Assembly: GCA_965198225.1 (NCBI GenBank)
Contig: CBDAOY010000006.1
Coordinates: forward strand, 384,001-448,000
Direction of reading: 5' to 3'
DNA: 64,000 nucleotides
DNA from: Terriglobia bacterium
GTDB taxonomy: Bacteria > Acidobacteriota > Terriglobia > 20CM-2-55-15
The position numbers and the translations under genes are program-made. Below the pieces are notes generated by a model. The model worked only from the letters and a program-made list of their open reading frames with translations. It ran no database searches and was not told the origin of the DNA. The stretch's first letter is position 1. Every line of letters begins with the position of its first letter. Below are positions 22,588 through 30,372 of the stretch, piece by piece.

Positions 22588-23271
22588 GCGTGTTAACACT
22601 AATGAGCATGAATGTTTTATAATCAGGCATGGAGATCACACAGGAGCAGTATTGTCGCATCGAGCCGGAACTGCCGCGTCAGCGGGGCAACGTCAGTCTT
22701 TCGAACCTGACGGTCTTGAACGCCATTTTGTATGTGGCTGAGCAGGGCTGCAAGTGGCGCGGTCTGCCCAAGCGCTTTGGCAACTGGCACACCATCTACA
22801 CCCGGATGAACCGCTGGTCCAAGAACGGGGTGCTCGACGCCGTCTTCGAAAAACTCCAGCGCGAGCAACTGGTGCGCATCCGGGTGGAAGCCGTTTCGAT
22901 GGACTCGACCATTGTGAAGGTGCATCCCGACGGCACAGGAGCGTTAAAAAAAACGGTCCGCAAGCGATCGGCAAATCCCGCGGTGGATGGACCACCAAGA
23001 TTCATCTGGTTGCCGCGAACGCTCGAACGGCGATAACGTTTGCGCTCTCGCCCGGCCAAGCGCACGACGCCCCGCAGGGCCGCGAGCTGCTCGCCGGCCT
23101 GGGGCCGTTGCCCGCGCCGCTGCCGCTGCTGATGGACCGTGCCTACCAGGACGACCAGACCCGCCAATTGGCTCTGGATTTTGGGTGGATTCCCGTCGTG
23201 CCGCCCAAGCGCAACCGCTTGGAGCCGTGGGAATACGACCGCGTTCTCTACCGCCGCAGGAACGAAGTCGA
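22588..23271 (+). mobile_element. IS5-family (IS427-group-like) element, 3'-truncated
   Basis: OrfA 22629-23036 (GCKWRGLPKRFGNWHTIYTRMNRW) and OrfB (SRGGWTTKIH, LMDRAY) joined at slippery TTAAAAAAAAC (~22944-22954, -1 shift). Breaks at YRRRNEV before the catalytic E. Likely left IR GCGTGTTAACACTA; no right IR found. Confidence 0.88.
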
Positions 23272-23739
23272 CCTGACGCCGTTCATACGCTGGCTCACGA
23301 TCGACAAGAAAATCGTAAAACCCGGCGACACGATTCGCGGCCAGGCGATGGTCGAAGACCCCGCCGGAGTCGCACGCTTCGCCGTGGCGTTCCAGGGACC
23401 GATGGGCCGCCGGACGACGATGCGCATGTCGTTCACGCCGCGAGCCAACAACAAGTCGCTGTTCGACGGGACGCTGACGATCCCGAAATGGATCGAACCG
23501 GGGCGGTACCTGCCCTACGACATGGCGCTGGGTAACGTTCTGGGCCACTTGAAGGGGTATTTCCCGGAATACGTTCCGGCGACGAGGAACCTGGTGCTGG
23601 AGGTCCTTCCCAGTACCGATGCCGATGTCATGCCCCCGACGCTGGAGGAATTTGGCATCGGCGCACCGGGTGAATCCACGGCCGATGGCGTAGCACAGTC
23701 CTATGACATTTCCGAATCCGTGATGGTGTGGGCGAAGCT
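23272..23739 (+). pseudogene. Internal fragment of a paralog of the Ig-repeat/magnetochrome-like protein (42806-44512)
   Basis: Collinear motif matches: GPMGRRTTM/GPHGRRTVM, WIEPGRY/WTEPGVY, EVLPSTDADVMPPTL/EVLPNPNADVIAPTV, VWAKL/VFAKV. Confidence 0.85.
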
Positions 23740-24234
23740 GTGGCCCGTCCTCAGCAGCCGATGAACGCGCCTGATTGCGTCATGCGCGTCTCGGCCCGGC
23801 CGGTACGCATACTGCTCCGGTTGCAGGTCGGCTTCGAAGATCGGCGATAACACCAGCATCGCCGCCGTCTGCACCACCCGATCCCGGAGACACGGAATGC
23901 CCAACGGCCGGAACTTCCCTCGTTGCTTCTTCGGGATGAGAACCTGCCGAACCGCATGCGGCCGATAGGTCCCTTCCTTCAGGTCCCGCGCCAGTGCTCC
24001 CAGCCACCGGTCTACCCCAAGCGCCTCGATGTCTCCGACCGTCTCGCCGTCCACCCCGGCCGCGCCGCCGTTGCGGCGCACGGCCTGCCAGGCGACTGCG
24101 AGCACGTCGTCGCGCCACACCTTGTCGCTCAGAGAGTAGAACCGGAAGCCCAGAGCTTCCTTCGCTTTCGCATGTAGCGCCGTCTGGAGTCGCTGAACTC
24201 TCTCCGAGGCTGTTAGGCTCTCGCCAGTCCTCAT
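23740..24234 (-). pseudogene. ltrA: Group II intron RT/maturase of intron A, truncated before RT domain 3
   Basis: RFYSLSDKVW, NGGAAGVDG, IPK..RPLGIPCLRDRVVQ, YAYRPGR; stops at LLRTGH with no YADD region. Confidence 0.9.
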
Positions 24235-24308
24235 GTCCCTTCCTCCGTCATGCGCTGCTCTCGAACTGAGGTCCCTTCCCTCCACCGGCATTACCCGGCT
24301 TCCCTGGT

Positions 24309-26039
24309 GTAGAGTCGAAAGTGGTCGGGCTGGTCTGCCCTTCCACCGTCCGCTCAATCAAACGGCTCGTGCGGTTTTCCCGCAAGCCGCTTTCCTCAGT
24401 TGCTCCTCGCACGGAGTCACCGGTCCACGAGACCGGGAATCAGATGCGTCAGTCGGACCAGACCGAACTCTCGAATAAGTCGTCGCGTCGGATAACGGCG
24501 CCACATCGTATTTCTCCACCGTTTCGCGAGAAACGAGTAGATACGGCGCTCAATCCAACGGTCCAGCTCGTTGAAGAGTCGGCGCACCCTCGCTTTGCGG
24601 TAATAGTTCCCCCAGCCCCGAATCACCGGGTTGAGCTGGTCGATGACTTCGCCCAGCTTCAGGGGAGCCTTACGGCGCGAGAGGTGTCGGATTTGCGTCC
24701 GGAACCTCTCGACCGACTTTTCCCGTGGAATGGCATACAGGTTATGGGGGTGCATTCCGCGACCACGCCTCTGTGTATCGGACAGACGCAGTCCTTTCCC
24801 TTGTTTCACCTTGTACCCCAAGAACTCAAAGCCTTGTCGAACGTGTACAATCCGCGTCTTCTTCGGATGAAGTCGAACTCCAAGTTCCTCCCAGAGAAAC
24901 CGCTCTGCAAATGCGAGCGCCTGCCGGGCTTGGGCCGGTGTCCTACAAACCACCACAAAGTCGTCCGCCCAGCGTGTGAGTCTTGACCTTGCCGGGTCAT
25001 CGCACGGTCAAACGGCGTCAGAAAGATGTTCGACCACAACGGACTGGCCACTCCCCCTTGGGGAACTCCCGTCCGCGTGGGTTGCCAGCAACCTCCTTCC
25101 AATACCCCCGAACCCAGGATTGCCCGGATCAGCCCCAGAACTCGGCCGTCGCTGATCTCTTCGGCGATCAAGTCGAGAAGCTTCTCCTGGTCGATCGTGT
25201 CAAAGAACTGCCGTAGGTCAGCATCAACCACCCAGAGGTCTCCGGCGCCTAGCTCTGCCCAGACTTTCCGCATCGCATCATGGGGTGAACGCCCCTTGCG
25301 ATACCCGAATGAGCAGTCCAGAAACAACGGCTCGAAGATTGGTTCCATCCGCTGGACCAGCGCCTGCTGACAGACCCGATCCATTACGGCCGGTATCCCC
25401 AGCTTTCGCATTCCTCCGTCGGACTTCCCGATCTCGACTCGCTTTACCGGCTTGGGTCGATAGGTGTCATCCCGCAGCTTTTGATGCAACAAGGCCAGAT
25501 ACTCCTCCTTGCGCCTTTCAAACTGCTCAATGGTCACTTCGTCGATGCCCGCGCTACCTCGGTTCCGTTTCACTTTCTCCCAGGCCAACTCCAGATTCTT
25601 GCGACTAAACACCTTGTCGATCAGCGAGTGGACCTTTCGCTTCCTTCCCTGTCTGCTTTCCAATGTCGCTGTGGGGCGGCGGGCGGCGGCTTCATCCGTA
25701 CCGCGTTTGGGTCTTTCACTAAAGGAACTATCCAAGTTCACGATATCTCCGCGTTTCCCATCGCTCGCACATTCACAACTGAGTACGGGGACTTCCCCCT
25801 CCAGCGGGCCTTTTGAACCCACCAGCGCCGCTGCTCGAAGCAACGATCCGAAACCTTATGTTTGCCGTCTCGTTCCTGAGTGTAATCTCGACCTTACCTT
25901 CCGCCCGGACGATACCAGGCCTCCCTGGGTCACTCGCGTCTCTTCTCCACCGTGTCGCCCGCACACACCTTGGTGCGATGGGGTGGAACCAATGCGCCTT
26001 CGCCCCCATAGTGCGGGCTCGACCATTCCCCATCTTTGG
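24309..26039 (-). mobile_element. Group II intron B nested in intron A; 3' end intact, 5' end missing
   Basis: Domain V GAAAGCGGCTTGCGGGAAAACCGCACGAGCCGTTTG, domain VI ending TTCGACTCTAC at 24309; no GTGCG start at the junction with intron A near 26040-26065. Confidence 0.85.
24417..25741 (-). pseudogene. ltrA: Group II intron RT/maturase of intron B (WADD motif, no endonuclease domain), 1-nt frameshift near 24985
   Basis: VHSLIDKV, GSAGID, LGIPAVMDRVCQ, DADLRQFFD, GVPQGGVASP; shifted frame gives RLTRWADDFVVVC, GFEFLGY and X-domain LNPVIRGWGNYY. Confidence 0.92.
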
Positions 26040-26547
26040 TGGGGTCTGAAGGGCATGAGGAGAACCGCCACCGGCAGGGCTTCCCGTGTTGCGTCCATCC
26101 CCCCCTTCCACACGTGCCGCCGCTACTACCCCGGCGGAACCGGTCGGTGCTCGCGTCGCTCGCTTCCCGACCGCTGGCAGCCTTCCCCGTATTCCGGGCG
26201 GATCGGCTTCCGCATCGCTTCGTTCCGAGGCCTGCGCAGCGTTCACATCGTTGCGGCCCGCGTGGTCGCTGAACCGCCCAGGGCGGCCCTTTGTCATCGG
26301 AGTGCTTCAGCCGATGTCGTTACCTCCATCGTCCGCTCCGACTGCTACCGGCTGGAGCGACAGTTGCCGGGCGGGGTTCGCAGAATGTTGGGAGCTCGGA
26401 TATGTTGGGGCCCGGTGTAAGTACTTGTCAGTATTGAACTGCTAGGCCAGACCTCCCAACATAACTTCACGACGCTTTTGGGACGCGTAAGTTGGGGGGA
26501 CGACAGATTTCGCCCATGGTAGAGCCTCTTTCAAGGAGGTTCTCACC

Positions 26548-27771
26548 ATGTTCGAGACACTGTTTTCTGCCGAGCGTGTCTTACGCCGGCATCGGGACGG
26601 CCCGCTCGCCGCACAGCGCGCCGCCTACCTGCAGGACCTGGTGTCCTGCGGATTGGCTCCCAGCACGCTCCGGGTCCGGGCTAGGCACTGCCTCCGGATA
26701 GCGACAAGCCTAAGCACCTGGCCGCCTGACCACTTGTTCTCTACGGACGAGGTAGCGGCGCTGGATACTCGCCGCCTTGCGTCTGGAAAGGCTCTCCGCC
26801 CACCGGTCGATGGCTTCCGCTCCACTGCGCTGGAATTGCTCAGCAGTCTGGGGCGGCTGCGCACGGACCCTCCGTGCGAGCACGACGACAAGCTGAATGC
26901 CTTCATCGCCTTCCAGCGCGAAACCAGTTGGCAGTCAGAGGAAACGTGCCTGATGGCGCGCCCGCGGATCCAGCGATTCCTAAACTACCTGCACCAGCGG
27001 GGTGTGGTCCTGGACGCTGTGTCGCCCGCAGACATCGATGGCTTTTTCGAGGAGATGGCTCAGGTCTGGAGTCGCAAGTCGTTAGCCACAGCCGCTTGGG
27101 CAATCCGTAAGTGGCTGCACTACAGCGGCCGACGCGGCTGGGCTCGACCCGGACTGGACGCGGCAGTCTTGGTGCCGCGTCTGTACTGCCGCGAGGGGCT
27201 GCCACTCGGACCCACCTGGGACACGGTTTCGCGCATGCTTGCCGCCACCGAGGGGGACGATCCTGCGGCGATCCGCGACCACGCGATCCTGCTGTTGCTC
27301 TCGGTCTATGGCGTGCGCTCGGGCGAAGTGCGCCGACTGCGCCTTGACGACATCGACTGGACCGGGAACCGGATCACGTTCGAGCGGTCCAAGAGCCACC
27401 GCCGGGACTTGCTCCCGTTGCATCCTCTGGTCGGCGAAGCGATTGCCCGCTACTTGTCACAATCCCGGCCCCGGACGGACAGCCGGATTGTCTTCCTCCG
27501 GGTACGTCCCCCGCACACGCCGCTCACCACCTGCGCGCTCCACGCCATCGTTGACCACTGCTATCCGGAAGCGGAAAGGCCGTCACGGGGACGGGGCCCG
27601 CACGGGCTGAGACACGCGTGCGCCCGTCATCTCGTCGAGGCTGGTCACAGCTTCAAGGAAGTGGGTGACCACCTCGGCCATCGCAGTCCCGACAGCGCTG
27701 GAATCTACGCGAAGGTGGATCTGCGCTCGCTGCGCCAAGTGGCGCCGGACGATCTCGGGGGCTTGGCATGA
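26548..27771 (+). CDS. Tyrosine recombinase RitA
   Basis: YGVRSGEV, HGLRH, LGHRS..GIYAKVD; GGAGG RBS. Confidence 0.92.
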   Translation: MFETLFSAERVLRRHRDGPLAAQRAAYLQDLVSCGLAPSTLRVRARHCLRIATSLSTWPPDHLFSTDEVAALDTRRLASGKALRPPVDGFRSTALELLSSLGRLRTDPPCEHDDKLNAFIAFQRETSWQSEETCLMARPRIQRFLNYLHQRGVVLDAVSPADIDGFFEEMAQVWSRKSLATAAWAIRKWLHYSGRRGWARPGLDAAVLVPRLYCREGLPLGPTWDTVSRMLAATEGDDPAAIRDHAILLLLSVYGVRSGEVRRLRLDDIDWTGNRITFERSKSHRRDLLPLHPLVGEAIARYLSQSRPRTDSRIVFLRVRPPHTPLTTCALHAIVDHCYPEAERPSRGRGPHGLRHACARHLVEAGHSFKEVGDHLGHRSPDSAGIYAKVDLRSLRQVAPDDLGGLA

Positions 27772-28715
27772 CGCTCGCCACTGCCGTCGATTCGTACGTT
27801 TCCGCGAAGCGCTCGCGTGGAGCGATTTACGAACGAGAGGGCCCCATCCTGCTCTCCTTCGTGCGCGCAACAGGCGACATCCCCGTCGGGGAGGTCTCCT
27901 ACGAACAGGCTCGGGCATTCTGTTCGGGCTCCGGCCCGGCCACCCGCTGGCAGGTGCACAAGCACAGCACACTCCGAACATTCTTCAAGCATCTCGTTGG
28001 CCGAGGGCACTTGAGCGCGTCACCCCTACCGGATCCGCCGCCACGCATCCGCTCCACCTTCAAGCCGTACATCTACTCCCGCGAGGAAATCCAGCACCTG
28101 CTCGATGCGACCGCAATCTTGCGCGACCGCCGTTGTCCGCTCCGCCCGGAGACCTTTCGCACCTTGCTGCTGCTGCTCTACGGCACTGGTCTGCGCCCAG
28201 GCGAGGCCCGACGCCTGCGGCTCTGCGATGCGGATCTCGACGACCGCATCCTCACCGTCTGGAACACGAAGTTCTTCAAATCGCGCTTGGTCCCGTTTGG
28301 CGCTTCCCTGCGGGATGTCTTGCGAGCTTACCGCGAGATCCGGCTGGCCCTGCCACTTCCCTCTGGCGATCGCTCGGCCTTCTTCGCCACAGCGGGCGGC
28401 AAGACGCTGTCCGCCGACTCTCTGTCTTCGGGATTTGCCCGCATGAGGAAGCGCGCCGGCATCCGCAATCCGCAGAATCGCCTCCAGCACCGCCTGCAGG
28501 ACGTCCGGCACACATTCGCCACCGGCCGACTCCTTCACTGGTACCGCGAAGGGGTCGATGTCCAAGCCCGCCTGCCTTGGCTGGCGACTTACCTCGGTCA
28601 CGCGGACCTGTCCGGTACCCAAGCCTACCTGACGATGACACCCGACCTGCTCGCCGAGGCCTCGCTGCGCTTTCAGCGCTTTGCCGAATCCTTGGCCCAA
28701 GGAGACGCTTCATGA
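27768..28715 (+). CDS. Tyrosine recombinase RitB
   Basis: GTGLRPGEA, TKFFKSRLVP, QDVRHTFA, LATYLGH..TQAYL; ATGA overlap with ritA. Confidence 0.92.
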   Translation: MTLATAVDSYVSAKRSRGAIYEREGPILLSFVRATGDIPVGEVSYEQARAFCSGSGPATRWQVHKHSTLRTFFKHLVGRGHLSASPLPDPPPRIRSTFKPYIYSREEIQHLLDATAILRDRRCPLRPETFRTLLLLLYGTGLRPGEARRLRLCDADLDDRILTVWNTKFFKSRLVPFGASLRDVLRAYREIRLALPLPSGDRSAFFATAGGKTLSADSLSSGFARMRKRAGIRNPQNRLQHRLQDVRHTFATGRLLHWYREGVDVQARLPWLATYLGHADLSGTQAYLTMTPDLLAEASLRFQRFAESLAQGDAS

Positions 28716-29725
28716 CATCCAAGCACCTGATCGGTCCGTTCGTCCGGCGCTTCCTGCTCGAGGAAGTCGTACAGGATCGCAACCTCAGCCCGCACACCCG
28801 CAAGAGCTACCGCGACAGCCTCAAACTGCTGTTCGCCTTCCTCGCCGAGCGCCACCGAACCGACCCCACGCGCGTCACTGTCGAGCAGGTCGACGCCACA
28901 CTCGTACGCGAGTTCCTGAGCGACCTCGAAGGACGCCGTGGCAACTCCGTTGCCACCCGCAATCAGCGCCTGGCAGCCTTGCGTTCTCTGTTCCGCTTCA
29001 TCGCGCGTCTCGCCCCGGAACTGGTGGATCAGGCCGCGCAAGTCCGGACCATCCCGGCACGCAAGACCCCGGTTCCCGTCATCCCTTACCTGGACAAGCC
29101 TGAAATCGAGGCCTTGCTCGCCGTCCCGGATCGGGCCACGGTCCAGGGCCGCCGGGACTACGCCGTGCTACTCCTGATGTACAACACAGGCGCTCGGGCC
29201 AGCGAGGCGGCCGGACTTTCTCTGGCCGACCTGAGCCTGCACGGCTCGCCCTCCGCGCGATTCGTCGGCAAGGGCGGCAGGCACCGTCTCTGCCCGCTCT
29301 GGCCCCGCACCGTCGGGGTCTTGCGCGAGGTCCTCGGCGAGCGTCTCGACGGCCCGCCCCAGACCCCTGTCTTCGTCGGCCAGCGTGGCCTGCCGCTCAC
29401 GCGCTTTGGCATTTACGAACTCGTGTGCCGCATCGCGCAAAAGGCTGCGCAAACCACGCCTTCGCTTCGAACCAAGCGGGTCAGCCCCCACACCCTGAGA
29501 CACACCACCGCAGTCCACCTGCTCCAAGCTGGCGTCGATATCAATACGATCCGTGCCTGGCTTGGGCACGTCTCTCTGGAAACGACCCACCGCTACGCAG
29601 AGGTCGACTTGGAGATGAAGGCGCGCGCCCTGCGTACATGCGCCAGCAACATTCCTGAACCGGCCCCTGTCGCCCCGAGTTGGCACAACGATTCGGACCT
29701 ACTGGCCTTCCTCTCGGCTCTTTAG
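28712..29725 (+). CDS. Tyrosine recombinase RitC
   Basis: YNTGARASE, GKGGRHR, SPHTLRHTTA, WLGHVSLETTHRYA; ATGA overlap with ritB. Confidence 0.92.
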   Translation: MTSKHLIGPFVRRFLLEEVVQDRNLSPHTRKSYRDSLKLLFAFLAERHRTDPTRVTVEQVDATLVREFLSDLEGRRGNSVATRNQRLAALRSLFRFIARLAPELVDQAAQVRTIPARKTPVPVIPYLDKPEIEALLAVPDRATVQGRRDYAVLLLMYNTGARASEAAGLSLADLSLHGSPSARFVGKGGRHRLCPLWPRTVGVLREVLGERLDGPPQTPVFVGQRGLPLTRFGIYELVCRIAQKAAQTTPSLRTKRVSPHTLRHTTAVHLLQAGVDINTIRAWLGHVSLETTHRYAEVDLEMKARALRTCASNIPEPAPVAPSWHNDSDLLAFLSAL

Positions 29726-29910
29726 GCCTTGAGCAAAATTATGTTGGGGGATTTGGCAAGTGAGTCAGTGGTTGCAATCACTTACACCGGACCCCCAACA
29801 TATCCGAGTTCCCAACATTCTGCGAATCATGTTGGTGCCAACATGATTCGCACCCGCTGGGGAATGGCGCCTTTCACGGCGCACCGGAACCTGAACGCTA
29901 AATGAAAGCT

Positions 29911-29933
29911 GTGCGGTCATAGACCGCACCTAC
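29911..29933. repeat. Single REP (partner missing) at the island edge
   Basis: GTGCGGTCATAGACCGCACCTAC. Confidence 0.85.
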
Positions 29934-29937
29934 ACCT

Positions 29938-29964
29938 AAAGGGGCGGCCGTACGGCCGCCCTTT
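29938..29964. terminator. Terminator-like hairpin
   Basis: AAAGGGGCGGCC-GTAC-GGCCGCCCTTT. Confidence 0.65.
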
Positions 29965-30059
29965 CCTGTGTGTGCCTCCGAAAACGATCCAGCTGATCGC
30001 GCCGCTTCAAACGACTCGCCCTGACCCCGAGCTCTTCGGGGGCAAACCTGCGCTCATAC

Positions 30060-30253
30060 AAGCTGTGAACGAATGCCTGTTTGAGAATCGGGTGGCGGGG
30101 CTTTTCATGAAGAACCTGCGATCCTCAAGTGTAGGTGCGCTCTATGAGCGCACAAATACCAGCGGGACCACAAAGTTGTGCGGTCATAGACCGCACCTAC
30201 ACGTGAAAAGCCCCGTCACCCGATTTTCCGTTCCCATAATTCGTTCACAGCTT
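30060..30253. mobile_element. Non-autonomous MITE-like element, copy 2 (inverted), again inside a REP
   Basis: Same 15-bp IRs and internal REPIN as 3459-3654; flanked by REP halves GCGCTCATAC and CGTAGAGCGCACCTAC. Confidence 0.75.
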
Positions 30254-30330
30254 CGTAGAGCGCACCTACACCCGGCCGTGAAGTTTCGCGGTTCGAAGAA
30301 TGTGCGGTCATAGACCGCACATTCAATCAC

Positions 30331-30362
30331 AAAAAAAGGGCAGCCTTGCGGCTGCCCCTTTT
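30331..30362 (-). terminator. Rho-independent terminator of receptor gene 2
   Basis: A7-GGGCAGCC-TTGC-GGCTGCCC-CTTTT. Confidence 0.8.
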
Positions 30363-30372
30363 GTAAAACCGC

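Larger units (their letters stand above)
26377..29852 (+). mobile_element. RIT element (Recombinase In Trio), ~3.5 kb, apparently intact
   Basis: Three ATGA-coupled tyrosine recombinases; ~46-bp imperfect terminal IRs (26377-26422 and 29780-29826); TTCGCA direct repeat at 26377-26382 and 29847-29852. Confidence 0.92.
23740..29884 (-). mobile_element. Group II intron A (host): 5' end intact, 3' half deleted, interrupted by intron B and a RIT
   Basis: Begins GTGCGCCGTGAAAGGCGCC at 29884. Removing the RIT restores CAGCGGGTGCGAACCCCGCCCGGCAAC; ribozyme sequence continues 26376-26065 and 24308-24235, then the RT ORF. Confidence 0.85.

Noticed and set aside
22754-23764. 336-aa ORF as a novel functional transposase
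   Set aside because: It is a chimera of IS5 OrfB lacking its catalytic Glu, a gene fragment and antisense RT sequence.
27665-28711. N-terminal half of the 686-aa ORF
   Set aside because: It overlaps ritA/ritB out of frame; the real RitC starts at ATG 28712.
26548-29725. Integron, prophage integrase or shufflon
   Set aside because: Three coupled recombinases with terminal IRs match a RIT; no attC cassettes, phage genes or repeated inversion sites were seen.
29885-29902. 5' exon of intron A (TTAGCGTTCAGGTTCCG) as an attC site or IS end
   Set aside because: Too short and no partner repeat found. A possible EBS match (CGGAAT at 26196-26191) cannot be confirmed without folding.
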